NCBI GenBank assembly: GCA_965249575.1
Contig: OZ252244.1
Span: 3,200,001 to 3,264,000, forward strand
Direction: 5' to 3'
Source: Gemmatimonadales bacterium
Lineage (GTDB): Bacteria; Gemmatimonadota; Gemmatimonadetes; Gemmatimonadales; GWC2-71-9
Length of the DNA stretch: 64,000 nucleotides
A model generated the notes under the pieces. That model saw nothing but the letters and a program-made list of their open reading frames with translations. It did no database searches and was not told the DNA's origin. Numbering within the stretch: the stretch's first letter is position 1; each line of letters starts with the position of its first letter. Shown one piece after another: positions 31,151 through 40,932 of this stretch. Both the position numbers and the translations under genes were made by a program.

Positions 31151-33001
31151 TTAGCGAGGCAGCTCGGCGAGGGCGTCGGCCGCGCGCTGGGCTGCTTCGA
31201 TCTCCGCTCTTCGATCGAGGACGTCGGCCTTCTCCCGCAAATCCGCCAGTACGAGCCGCACGCGTGCCTGGCGCGCCGCTTGAGAGGCCTGCAAGCGCTG
31301 CAGGTCCAGCTGAACTAGGAACGTAGAGCTGTCAGCGACCTGGCGGAACTTGGGCTCCACGAAATAGATGGCATTCGCGGTCTCGATCGGCGCGCTGGCT
31401 TGACCGATTCCCAATCCGAACGCGGCCCCAATGGCCCTCGGCGCGCTCCGAATGACGAATGCTGGATTCGTGCGCGTGAACGGGCCGATTCGGACGGTTT
31501 GCAAGCCCGCTTGGCGCCCGGCTTGTTCGAGATCGGCTCCCGCCCTGACTGCCTGCTCCACCGATTGGGCAAGGTCTCGGATTCCGTCCCACTTCCTTTC
31601 CAGGCGGGCGGCACGCTGGACTTCGTCCTCGATGTTCTCGAGGGGCGGCACCCGCTCGGGCTGCATGCTATCGACTCGGAAGACGTAGTACGCTCTGAGA
31701 TCTTCGATCACCTGCGATGTCTGATCCGCATCGAGCCCAAACGCCCACAAGCCGACGTCCGGAACAAAGAACCCGTCGAGCTCGAGGCGATCTCCCTCAT
31801 GCAATGGCGGTGCCTGACGCACGCCAGACCGGAGCCACGTGGCGACCGAGTCCAGCATGGCCAGATCCAACTGCTCTGCCGCAAATCGATCGAGCGAATC
31901 CGCGCGCAGCTCGACCGATTCCAGATGGTCTCCGCTCAACTCGACCGGGATGAGGACGTGGCGCGCGCGGTACCGATCTCCCGCCCGCGACTCCAACTTG
32001 ATGACGTGATAACCGAACGGTGTCAGAACGGGCGATGAGATCTGGCCCGGCCGGAGCGCCAGGGCGGCGCGCTCGAACTCGGGGATCATCTGGTCCCTGG
32101 TTACCTCTCCCAGATCGCCGCCTTCGGCCGCGCTCACCGAATCGGAGGACTCCCTCGCTGCCACCTCGGCGAAATCGGCTCCGTCGATCAACTCTTGCCT
32201 TATGGCCGCCGCCCGCTCAAGCGCGGCTGCCGAGTCACTGGCATTGGTCAGTCTCGAAACCCGGACATAGCTGAGGTACACGGTAGTTGGGCGTTCGAAA
32301 TCGTCCCGGTTGCGCCGGTAGTAGCGCTCCACCTCTTCATCTTCCAACGTGATGGCCGAGTCGGGAACGGAGGCTGCTGGGGCGAGCGTCAACAGGACGA
32401 CCGAGACGGAATCGTTTGCGTCCCGGTACATCCGCCAGAGCTTCGGCGTCGGGACGTACACGTCCGCGGTCAATTGATCGATCCATTTCGACTGGGGTAT
32501 TTCCTCCCGATAACGGGATTCCAGTGCGAACAGGAACGCCGGGTCGGCGTTGGCGCTGATGTACCGCCGGTATTTGGCGACGTCGAATTCGCCTTCGGTT
32601 TGGAACTCCTCGAGCTGCTGAATCTCTGGGGGCGGCGCGTTCTGGGCGGCGGCTCGGATCTCGTCGTCCGTGACGCGGATCCCCCGCCGCTCGTACTCGT
32701 CGGATAGGATGACCTGCTGAATCAACGCCTCGAGCACGGCATCCTCGAGCGCACGCTGATCCTCGAGGGTGATTGGGGCCGAGCCGCCTGCTCGACGTTG
32801 CTGCTCCTGTGCGGCCCGCACGGCGTTATAGAAGCTTTGGATATCGATCTTCGTGCCATTAACGCGAGCGAGGGCGTCACCTGAGCGGACCGCACCCTGT
32901 GCGCTCACGTCCATGCCCACGTCAAACACCATCCAGCCCACGAACGCCACGGCAAGGATCCCCATGAGCCAGGGCGCGATACCACGCATTGTTCGCATCA
33001 T
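31151..33001 (-). CDS. ppiD: PpiD-like periplasmic chaperone (SurA_N + parvulin)
   Basis: MMRTMR + N-terminal TM, ARVNG..I, DFAEVAARESSD, GGDLG, FERAA..L.PGQISSPVLTPFGYHVIK. Confidence 0.85.
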   Translation of the reverse strand: MMRTMRGIAPWLMGILAVAFVGWMVFDVGMDVSAQGAVRSGDALARVNGTKIDIQSFYNAVRAAQEQQRRAGGSAPITLEDQRALEDAVLEALIQQVILSDEYERRGIRVTDDEIRAAAQNAPPPEIQQLEEFQTEGEFDVAKYRRYISANADPAFLFALESRYREEIPQSKWIDQLTADVYVPTPKLWRMYRDANDSVSVVLLTLAPAASVPDSAITLEDEEVERYYRRNRDDFERPTTVYLSYVRVSRLTNASDSAAALERAAAIRQELIDGADFAEVAARESSDSVSAAEGGDLGEVTRDQMIPEFERAALALRPGQISSPVLTPFGYHVIKLESRAGDRYRARHVLIPVELSGDHLESVELRADSLDRFAAEQLDLAMLDSVATWLRSGVRQAPPLHEGDRLELDGFFVPDVGLWAFGLDADQTSQVIEDLRAYYVFRVDSMQPERVPPLENIEDEVQRAARLERKWDGIRDLAQSVEQAVRAGADLEQAGRQAGLQTVRIGPFTRTNPAFVIRSAPRAIGAAFGLGIGQASAPIETANAIYFVEPKFRQVADSSTFLVQLDLQRLQASQAARQARVRLVLADLREKADVLDRRAEIEAAQRAADALAELPR

Positions 33002-33038
33002 GTTCGGGTACCCTCTGTCGAGCGGTCCAAGGGGGCTA

Positions 33039-33067
33039 AGTCTAAGTGTGACAACGCGGAATCTCAA
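33039..33067 (-). promoter_or_regulatory. Candidate sigma70 promoter of ppiD
   Basis: Minus strand TTGAGA-N17-TAGACT. Confidence 0.6.
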
Positions 33068-33088
33068 GTCTAGCGGGGCTGCGCGCGG

Positions 33089-33118
33089 TTGACAGGCCGC
33101 CCGATTTGAGACTAAGTT
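33089..33118 (+). promoter_or_regulatory. Candidate sigma70 promoter (divergent from ppiD)
   Basis: TTGACA-N18-TAAGTT before ATG 33131. Confidence 0.6.
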
Positions 33119-33130
33119 CGACGGGTTATC

Positions 33131-35083
33131 ATGGCCTATCAAAGCGAGCTCGAAAAGCTCACTCGCCAATACGACGACAAACCGGAACAGTACTTCGCAC
33201 CACTCGCGGAGGCGTTCCGGAAGGCCGGGGAGTTGGAGCACGCCATCCAGGTGCTGCGTACCGGGCTTGAGCTGCGGCCGAACTATTTGAGCGCCCACAT
33301 TGTCCTCGGCCGCTGCCTTCTCGATCAACAAGACGACATCGAAGCCGCGCGGGTGTTCGAGCACGTGCTCACGCTCGATGCGGAGAACATCATTGCCCTG
33401 AAGGCGCTGGGTGAGATCGCAGTGCGCGCCGATGACCCGGGTCTGGCGCGGCGCTGGCTGACCAGGCTTCTCGAAGTCGATCCGATGAACCAGGAAGCAC
33501 AGGAGGCGCTCGACGCGCTCGGTCCTGCGCTCGCGGCCGCGGCGGACGTTCCCGAAGCGTCGGCTGCCCCGATTACCGAGGAGCAGGTGGCCGCGAGCGG
33601 TGCGGCAGAGGTGGAGCAGGTGGCCGACTTCGAGCCCACGGCGCTGGATTTGGGCGAGGCGTCCGCAGCGGCCCCTGAGGGCGATTTAGCACTCGAACGG
33701 GTCGAACCCGCCATCGACGCCGAAGCGCCGACCATGCGCATGGACTCCTATGAGCCGGAGGGCATACCGGGAGGCGAGGCGTCCGCCGAAGCTCCAGCAC
33801 CCGAGCTTGATGCCGAAGTGGCTTCGGAAGTTGGCGCGTCTGAAGGCGGCGCCGGTCGCGACGAGCCAGTTACCCGAACGAGAGAAATCCCGGCCGAATC
33901 CACGGCGCTCCGCGCCGTGGAGGTGACGGAGTCGGCAACCGGCGAGATCACGCTGGAGGAGCCGGCGCAGGCGCCGCCGTTTGAGGAGCCACCCGTGGAC
34001 GCGGCTCCCTCGACCCTTCCCATGTCCGAAGACACGCCCCCGCTTGAAGGCGCTGCGAGTGAACCGAGCGGAACGGACCCTGATCCGCCGGAGGTGGCGG
34101 CCACGGTCGAGGAACACGTGGTGCGGCCGGAGGGGCTCGACGACCCCCCCGTCGCTGCCGGCCCGGAAGGGCTGCCTGCAGAGGCCGTTCCGCTCGATGG
34201 GGATTTCCCACCTACCGTCGGCGAGATTGACGTCGTGTCAGAGACGGTGGCGGAGCCCGGGTTGGAGGCGATGACGGAGCTGGCGGATCAGCCCGCGGCC
34301 GAAGCGCCGGCCGTCGAGGATGCGGCAGCCGCAGACGGGCCGCCGGAATCGGAGCCTGCTCCCGAGGGGTCGCCGGAGTCTCTGCCGTTTATTTTGCCTG
34401 AGGACGTCACACCGCCCGGGACGGGGCTCGTGGAGGAGCCCGAACCGGTGATCACCGAGACTATGGCTGAGGTCTATGCGAAGCAAGGGCTGATCGCCGA
34501 AGCCCGTGACGTTTACCAAAAGCTTCTCGCGGGGCGGCCTGGGGACCCCGCGATCGTGGCCCGACTCGCGGAGCTCGATTCGGGGGCGCCGCCTGCCTTC
34601 GGCGCGGCCGGGCGCCTCGAGGACAGCGCACGGGATTTCCTGGTGGGGATTCTCAGCGCCCGCCCACCGGCCTCCGCGCCGGATTCGCCGCCGGTCACCG
34701 AAGCGCTACCAGCCGCGGCGGAGACGTCGGTCCAGGAGCTGTCCGAAGAGCGCACGCCGCTCGAGACGGCGTTCGAAGACACTGCGGCCGAGCCTCGAGG
34801 GGCTCCGACTTCGCCCGCATCAGACGAGGTCTCGCTGGCATCGGTGTTCGGTGAGGAGCCCACCGAGAAGCCTCCAGCTCCAGAGCCTGGCGCAACCTCT
34901 TCCGCCGAGCCAGAAGCGGGGGCGGGAGGAGGCGCGGGGGCTGGCTTCTCTTTTGACGAGTTCTTCGGGGCCAAGAAGCCTCCCGGGCAGAAGACCGAGT
35001 CCCCTCGGCCGCGCCGCAGCTCCCAACTCGATGCCGCAGACGAGGATGAGTTCAGGGACTGGCTCAAAGGTCTCAAGTCCTAG
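33131..35083 (+). CDS. TPR protein with acidic Pro/Ala/Glu-rich linker
   Basis: N-terminal TPRs (FAPLAEAFRKAG, SAHIVLGRCL), internal ITETMAEVYAKQG TPR, C-terminal FSFDEFF and EFRDWLKGLK. Confidence 0.8.
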   Translation: MAYQSELEKLTRQYDDKPEQYFAPLAEAFRKAGELEHAIQVLRTGLELRPNYLSAHIVLGRCLLDQQDDIEAARVFEHVLTLDAENIIALKALGEIAVRADDPGLARRWLTRLLEVDPMNQEAQEALDALGPALAAAADVPEASAAPITEEQVAASGAAEVEQVADFEPTALDLGEASAAAPEGDLALERVEPAIDAEAPTMRMDSYEPEGIPGGEASAEAPAPELDAEVASEVGASEGGAGRDEPVTRTREIPAESTALRAVEVTESATGEITLEEPAQAPPFEEPPVDAAPSTLPMSEDTPPLEGAASEPSGTDPDPPEVAATVEEHVVRPEGLDDPPVAAGPEGLPAEAVPLDGDFPPTVGEIDVVSETVAEPGLEAMTELADQPAAEAPAVEDAAAADGPPESEPAPEGSPESLPFILPEDVTPPGTGLVEEPEPVITETMAEVYAKQGLIAEARDVYQKLLAGRPGDPAIVARLAELDSGAPPAFGAAGRLEDSARDFLVGILSARPPASAPDSPPVTEALPAAAETSVQELSEERTPLETAFEDTAAEPRGAPTSPASDEVSLASVFGEEPTEKPPAPEPGATSSAEPEAGAGGGAGAGFSFDEFFGAKKPPGQKTESPRPRRSSQLDAADEDEFRDWLKGLKS

Positions 35084-35523
35084 TGCGCATCGCCGTTCTC
35101 AACGGCCCCAACCTGAATCTTCTGGGTAACCGAGAGCCGGCTCTGTACGGCGAGGAGACCCTCGCCCACATCGAGCAGACAGTCCGCTCTCGGGCAGGGC
35201 CGGACCTGGAGATCGAGTGGCACCAGACGAATCACGAAGGTGAGTTCGTGGATTTGGTGCAGGGCCTGGTGGGAGGGGCTGACGGAGCTCTGGTGAACGC
35301 GGGGGCGTTCACGCACACGTCCCTGGCCATCCGGGACGCGTTTCTGGCCGTGAAGGTCCCGTTTGTAGAGGTTCACCTCTCGAATGTCTTCGCGCGCGAG
35401 CCATCGAGGCGGCAGTCGCAATTCGCCGACTTAGCGATCGGTGTAATCGCGGGATTCGGGGCCCGCAGCTATGTCCTGGGGGTGGAAGCCATGACCGCCC
35501 ACCTCAAGTCCCGTGGCGGTTGA
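35083..35523 (+). CDS. aroQ: Type II 3-dehydroquinate dehydratase
   Basis: LNGPNLNLLG.REP..YG, NHEG, AFTHTS.AIRDA, EVHLSN..ARE. Confidence 0.96.
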   Translation: MRIAVLNGPNLNLLGNREPALYGEETLAHIEQTVRSRAGPDLEIEWHQTNHEGEFVDLVQGLVGGADGALVNAGAFTHTSLAIRDAFLAVKVPFVEVHLSNVFAREPSRRQSQFADLAIGVIAGFGARSYVLGVEAMTAHLKSRGG

Positions 35524-36607
35524 TCGTCGCCCACAACGCCAGAATGCGCTCCGGAAGCTGCTCGAAGGTCAGGGGCTCGATGGCCTAATCGTTACGCACC
35601 TGCCGAATATTCGATATCTGACGGGGTTCTCAGGGTCGGCCGGGCTGGCGGCGATTCTCGCCCGAGAGGCACTGTTCCTCTCAGACTTCCGCTATGCGAC
35701 CCAAGCTCAAGCCGAGCTGGGCGGCACCGCGAGGATCGAGATCGTGTCGAGCGATCTGTGGGCGCGCCTGTGGGAGGTCTTGCGAGAATTCAGTGATGTG
35801 GGGACGGTGGGGTTCGAATCCCACGCGGTCTCCGTCCGCCAGGCGGAGCGGTTTGGCGAGGGTGACTTGCCGGTCCGGGTGCGGCCGGTGGCGAATCTGG
35901 TCGAAGGCTTGCGCGCCAGTAAAGATGCCGGGGAGGTCAACGCAATCCGGCGTGCGGCGGGGGTCGCATCCGAAGCGCTGCGCGCCACGCTGCCGCAGAT
36001 CGTCCCGGGACTGAGGGAGATCGACGTGGCGGCCACGCTCGAGTCCGAACTTCGGCGGCGTGGGAGTGAGTGGCACCCGTTTCCGACCATCGTGGCGTCC
36101 GGTCCCAGGGCAGCCCTCCCCCACGCCCGCACGACAGATCGCTCGATCGTGTCAGGAGATTGGGTCCTGCTTGACTTTGGGGCGCAACTGGATGGATACT
36201 GCGCCGACATCACGCGTACGGTTGTTGTCGGGCGTGCGGCCGACGAGCGCCAACGTGTGGTGTACGAGATCGTTCGCGACGCTCAACTTCGGGCGCGTGC
36301 GAGCGTGCGGGCGGGAATGACCGGCAAAGAGGCGGATGCGGTCGCTCGATCCGTAATCGAATCGAATGGGTTCGGCGAGGCCTTTGGTCACTCGCTGGGA
36401 CACGGTCTAGGGCTCGAGGTTCACGAGGCGCCGCGTCTCAGCACCACGAGCGAAGCAGCGATCCCGGAGGGAGCCGTGGTCACCATCGAGCCCGGCATTT
36501 ATTTGCCAGGATGGGGCGGGGTACGGATCGAGGACGATGTCCACGTCTCGCCGCGGGGGGTTGACCTCCTCTCGGATGGCCACACCGAATTGCTGGAATT
36601 GAGCTAG
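35513..36607 (+). CDS. Xaa-Pro aminopeptidase (M24B)
   Basis: NIRYLTGFSGS, DFG...GYCADITRT, HSLGHGLGLEVHE, TIEPGIY, GVRIED. Confidence 0.93.
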   Translation: MAVDRRPQRQNALRKLLEGQGLDGLIVTHLPNIRYLTGFSGSAGLAAILAREALFLSDFRYATQAQAELGGTARIEIVSSDLWARLWEVLREFSDVGTVGFESHAVSVRQAERFGEGDLPVRVRPVANLVEGLRASKDAGEVNAIRRAAGVASEALRATLPQIVPGLREIDVAATLESELRRRGSEWHPFPTIVASGPRAALPHARTTDRSIVSGDWVLLDFGAQLDGYCADITRTVVVGRAADERQRVVYEIVRDAQLRARASVRAGMTGKEADAVARSVIESNGFGEAFGHSLGHGLGLEVHEAPRLSTTSEAAIPEGAVVTIEPGIYLPGWGGVRIEDDVHVSPRGVDLLSDGHTELLELS

Positions 36608-36610
36608 CTC

Positions 36611-37171
36611 ATGGCGAGCACCGCGGATTTCCGCAATGGGATGGTCCTCGACATTGACGGCCAGCTGTTCCAGCTAGTCTATTTCCAGCACGTGAAACCG
36701 GGTAAAGGCGGTGCGTTCGTCCGTAGCAAGCTGAAGAGCGTGCGAACTGGCGCCGTCATCGATCGGACATGGACGGCGGGGGAGCGGGTCCAAGACGTTC
36801 GGCTCGAGCGCCGCGCGGTGCAGTACTCGTACCACGATGGGCACCTCTATCACTTCATGGACCAGCAGACATTTGAGGACATCCCGATCAACGACGACGT
36901 CATCGGCGAAGATCAGCTCAAATATCTCAAAGAGAGCATGGAGTGTGCGGGCCTCGTTCATGACAATCACGTGCTCTCGATCGAGTTGCCTTTTTTCGTG
37001 GAGCTGCAGGTAGTGGAGACCGATCCCGGAGTGCGTGGAGATACCGCGTCCGGCGGCACCAAACCGGCAACGCTCGAGACGGGGGCCATCGTGCAGGTCC
37101 CGCTCTTCATTGAGCGGGGGCAAGTGATTCGGGTGGATCGTCGCGAGGACAAGTACTTGACGCGCGTATGA
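36611..37171 (+). CDS. efp: Elongation factor P
   Basis: HVKPGKGGAFVR, PGVRGDTA, KPATLETGA.VQVPLFI. Confidence 0.97.
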   Translation: MASTADFRNGMVLDIDGQLFQLVYFQHVKPGKGGAFVRSKLKSVRTGAVIDRTWTAGERVQDVRLERRAVQYSYHDGHLYHFMDQQTFEDIPINDDVIGEDQLKYLKESMECAGLVHDNHVLSIELPFFVELQVVETDPGVRGDTASGGTKPATLETGAIVQVPLFIERGQVIRVDRREDKYLTRV

Positions 37172-37659
37172 TGGACCTCGGGTTCGTCGAGCGTCTGCTC
37201 GAGCTCCTCGGCCGTTCCGAAGCCGAGACCATCGAGATCCGGAGGTGGCATACCACAATCCGGGTCTCCAAACGGGCCGGTGGGGGTCCTGAGGTTTCCG
37301 TGACGTCGAACGCCAAAGGCGCGCCGGCCGTGGCGGTGCCGGCACCGGCGGTGGCGGCGGGTTCGGAGGGCGCCGGGGACTCAGGGGACGGCGAGGTAGC
37401 GGCGGCCCCCATCCCGCTCACGGAGATCAGGTCACCGATGGTGGGGACCTTCTATGCAAAGCCGGAGCCTGGAGCGGACCCCTACGTTCAGGTTGGGATG
37501 CGGATAGCTCCTCTGCAAACGCTGTGTATAATTGAAGCGATGAAGATCATGAATCCGCTCGATGCGGAGATCGCGGGCGTGATCCGTGAGATCACGGTGG
37601 AAGATGCCCAGCCCGTCGAGTACGGCCAAGTGCTTTTCAAGGTGGATACCAATGGCTGA
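37168..37659 (+). CDS. accB: Biotin carboxyl carrier protein
   Basis: SPMVGTFY, IEAMK, PVEYGQ. Confidence 0.95.
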   Translation: MMDLGFVERLLELLGRSEAETIEIRRWHTTIRVSKRAGGGPEVSVTSNAKGAPAVAVPAPAVAAGSEGAGDSGDGEVAAAPIPLTEIRSPMVGTFYAKPEPGADPYVQVGMRIAPLQTLCIIEAMKIMNPLDAEIAGVIREITVEDAQPVEYGQVLFKVDTNG

Positions 37660-38821
37660 AGCAACCGGTTCGCAACCCCCGTTCAATTTCAAGCAATCGA
37701 TCACCGACATGGTGCAGGCCGGCGGGTCGGATCTGCACCTCAAGGTCGGGCGCCCGCCGACGATTCGTGTGGCGGGTGAGCTCAGCCAGTTGGGTCAGCA
37801 GCCCATCAAGCCAGAGGAGCTGAAGTCACTGGCCGAGCAGATCATGACTCCGAGGCAGGTGAAGGAGTTTGCGGAGCACAAGGAATCCGATTTCGCGATC
37901 GGTGTCCCCGGTGTCGGTCGATTTCGGACGAACGTGTTTCAGCAGCGGGGGACCCTGGCGTTCGTGTTCCGGGCCATTCCGTACGAGGTCAAGAACACCG
38001 AGGCCCTGAACCTTCCAAAGGTGTTGGAGGCGGTCTCCCTCAAGCCCCGCGGATTGGTCCTGGTCACCGGCGTTACCGGGTCTGGGAAGTCGACAGCGCT
38101 CGCAGCCATGATCGATCACATCAATAGACACCGGCGTTGCAACATCATCACGATCGAAGATCCCATTGAGTTTCTACATCGAGACGGACAGGCGAACATC
38201 TCACAGCGGGAGATTGGGACCGACACCCTGTCGTTCGAGACCGCGCTGCGGCACGTGCTGCGTCAGGATCCCGACGTCGTGCTGATCGGTGAGATCCGCG
38301 ATCGTGTCACGCTCGACACCGCGATGAAGGCGGCCGATACGGGCCACCTCGTGTTCTCGACGCTGCACACGACAGACGCTACTCAGACGATCAACCGCGT
38401 GATCTCGTTCTTCCCGCCTCACGAGCATGACGCGGTCCGCAACCTGCTCTCAACAGCGCTCGAGGCCGTGGTGTCCCTGCGCCTCGTCCCTACGGTTGAC
38501 GGGAAGACTAGGATCCCGGCTTGTGAGGTGCTCATCAACACGGCCGCTGTGCGCGACAACATTCGCGATGCGGAAAAAGCGCTCAACATCCCCGAGCTCA
38601 TCAAAGAAGGCACGATCCAGTACGGCATGCAGTCGTTCGATCAGTCGCTGATGACGTGGTATCAGCGGAAGGTGATCTCCTACGACATGGCGTTGTTTTA
38701 TTCGTCGAATCCCAGCGAGTTCGCACTGCGCCTGAGTGGGATCGAGGGAACGTCGGACCGGACCTTCGCCGAGCAGCTCGGCGGGGGAGACGTCGGTAGC
38801 GCGACGGAGCCCACCTCCTAG
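37652..38821 (+). CDS. pilT: Type IV pilus retraction ATPase (PilT/PilU family)
   Basis: [53 protein letters not shown]. Confidence 0.88.
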   Translation: MAEATGSQPPFNFKQSITDMVQAGGSDLHLKVGRPPTIRVAGELSQLGQQPIKPEELKSLAEQIMTPRQVKEFAEHKESDFAIGVPGVGRFRTNVFQQRGTLAFVFRAIPYEVKNTEALNLPKVLEAVSLKPRGLVLVTGVTGSGKSTALAAMIDHINRHRRCNIITIEDPIEFLHRDGQANISQREIGTDTLSFETALRHVLRQDPDVVLIGEIRDRVTLDTAMKAADTGHLVFSTLHTTDATQTINRVISFFPPHEHDAVRNLLSTALEAVVSLRLVPTVDGKTRIPACEVLINTAAVRDNIRDAEKALNIPELIKEGTIQYGMQSFDQSLMTWYQRKVISYDMALFYSSNPSEFALRLSGIEGTSDRTFAEQLGGGDVGSATEPTS

Positions 38822-38826
38822 CTGTC

Positions 38827-40185
38827 ATGTTCAAAAAGATTCTGATCGCCAACCGCGGGGAGATTGCCCTGCGGGTGATTCGGGCGTGCCATGAACTCGG
38901 GGTGGAAACCGTCGCGGTCTACAGCGAGGCCGACCGCGAATCCCTGCACGTTCGGTTCGCGCACGACGATGTGTGCATCGGACCACCGCCCGCGCGGCTC
39001 TCCTACCTCAGGATTCCAGCAATTATCGCTGCTGCCGAGATCACCGGAGCCGATGCCATTCACCCGGGATATGGGTTCCTCGCGGAGAGCGCGGAATTCG
39101 CCGAAACGTGCCAGGCGTCGAACATCACGTTCATCGGACCTACGGCGGACCAGATCCGGCTGATGGGCGACAAGGCGGCTGCCCGCAAGCTGGTGCAAAC
39201 CCTGGAAATCCCAGTGGTGCCCGGGTCGGCTGGGCCCGTGGCGAGCGCCGACGGGGCGCTGGCGATCGCGCAGGAGATCGGTTTCCCGGTCATCATCAAG
39301 GCCGCGGCTGGCGGTGGGGGGAAGGGAATGCGTGTTGCACGCGATTCGGAGACCTTCCCGCATGGGTTTCAGCTCGCTCGGAACGAGGCCCTCGCCGCCT
39401 TCGGCTCTGATGCCGTTTATGTGGAGAAGTATCTCGACCGGCCGCGGCACGTGGAAATCCAAGTCATGGGAGATGAGCACGGTAACGCGATGCATGTAGG
39501 CGAGCGCGACTGTTCGATTCAGCGTCGGCACCAAAAACTCATCGAGGAAGCGCCGAGCCCGGGTCTGAGCCGTGAGCTTCGACGCCGTATTGGAGACTCG
39601 GCCGTTCGTGCCGCGTCGCACATCGGGTATGTGGGGGCCGGGACCGTAGAGTTCCTTCTCGATGAAGATGGAAGTTGTTACTTCATGGAGATGAACACGC
39701 GGATTCAGGTCGAACATCCGGTAACGGAGATGGTGACTGGCTTCGATCTGGTGAAGGAACAGATTCGGGTGGCGGCGGGTGAGAACCTGAGTTTTACGCT
39801 GTTCGGAGACCGACTCCGGGGACACGCGATCGAGTGCCGTGTCAATGCTGAAGACCCGGAACGGAATTTTCAGCCGTCGCCTGGTACGATCACCGCCTAC
39901 CATCCGCCCGGCGGACCGGGAATTCGGGTGGACACCCATATTTACGCCGGCTACACGGTGCCGCCTTATTATGACTCGCTCATTGCCAAAGTGATCGTGC
40001 ATGGGCGCTCGCGAGACGAGGCCTTGGCGAGAATGAGCCAGGCCCTCGATTCGTTCATCGTCGAAGGCGTAACCACCACCATCCCCTTCCTGCGACGCGT
40101 GATCCACCACCCGGATTTCATTGCCGGTCGGGTGGACACGAAATTCCTCGAACGCGAGCCCGCGCTGGTGAGTCCACCCGCATGA
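38827..40185 (+). CDS. accC: Biotin carboxylase
   Basis: [56 protein letters not shown]. Confidence 0.97.
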   Translation: MFKKILIANRGEIALRVIRACHELGVETVAVYSEADRESLHVRFAHDDVCIGPPPARLSYLRIPAIIAAAEITGADAIHPGYGFLAESAEFAETCQASNITFIGPTADQIRLMGDKAAARKLVQTLEIPVVPGSAGPVASADGALAIAQEIGFPVIIKAAAGGGGKGMRVARDSETFPHGFQLARNEALAAFGSDAVYVEKYLDRPRHVEIQVMGDEHGNAMHVGERDCSIQRRHQKLIEEAPSPGLSRELRRRIGDSAVRAASHIGYVGAGTVEFLLDEDGSCYFMEMNTRIQVEHPVTEMVTGFDLVKEQIRVAAGENLSFTLFGDRLRGHAIECRVNAEDPERNFQPSPGTITAYHPPGGPGIRVDTHIYAGYTVPPYYDSLIAKVIVHGRSRDEALARMSQALDSFIVEGVTTTIPFLRRVIHHPDFIAGRVDTKFLEREPALVSPPA

Positions 40186-40931
40186 GGCTGTCGGTCTTTT
40201 TCACGCCGCTCGGGGTCACCCAATCCTGCGTTGCGGAGAAGCCTGTCGTCATCGTCGACATTCTTCGAGCAACCACGACGATCGTCGCGGCTCTGGCAAA
40301 TGGTGCAAAAGCGGTTCTCCCGGCGGCGACGGCCGAGGACGCACTACGGATTGCGCAGAACCTCGAGCGGGACGACGTGCTTCTCGCCGGTGAGCGGCGG
40401 GCGGAGCGAATCCCCGGCTTCGCGCTGGGCAATTCGCCGCTTGAGATGACCCGGGAGGCGGTGCAGGACAAGACCCTAGTCATGGCGACCACCAACGGCA
40501 CGCCAGCCGTCCTCGCCGCCGCCGCCGGGTCTCCCGTTTTCATTGGATCGGCTACGAACTACACCGCGGCCGCCTCGGCCGCTCGGGCGGCTTTCGAACA
40601 GTCGGGGGAAGTGATTATTCTGTGCGCGGGTCGAGAAAGGATGTTCTCCCTGGAAGACGCCTACGCGGCTGGGCGGTTCGCACGGGCGGTGCTCGGGCCC
40701 GCTTCGAGCACGCGACGGTCTGTTGCGCTCAACGATGGCGCGATCGCTGCCCTGGAACTCGTGCGCCGGTACGGAGAACGATGGAAACGGGCGATCGGGG
40801 CGAGCGCCGCGGCTCGCGAGCTGCAGGAACTCGGCTTCAAGGATGATGTTGTGGCGGCGACCGAGTCCGACCGGTTTGATCTCGTGCCGACGTATGCTGA
40901 TCGGCTCGTGACGGCGCGAGGATCAGGCTGA
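40182..40931 (+). CDS. comB: 2-phosphosulfolactate phosphatase family
   Basis: [28 protein letters not shown]. Confidence 0.88.
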   Translation: MRLSVFFTPLGVTQSCVAEKPVVIVDILRATTTIVAALANGAKAVLPAATAEDALRIAQNLERDDVLLAGERRAERIPGFALGNSPLEMTREAVQDKTLVMATTNGTPAVLAAAAGSPVFIGSATNYTAAASAARAAFEQSGEVIILCAGRERMFSLEDAYAAGRFARAVLGPASSTRRSVALNDGAIAALELVRRYGERWKRAIGASAAARELQELGFKDDVVAATESDRFDLVPTYADRLVTARGSG

Positions 40932-40932
40932 C

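Noticed and set aside
33002..33364. Upstream extension of the ppiD ORF
   Set aside because: Antisense to the TPR gene and spans the divergent promoters
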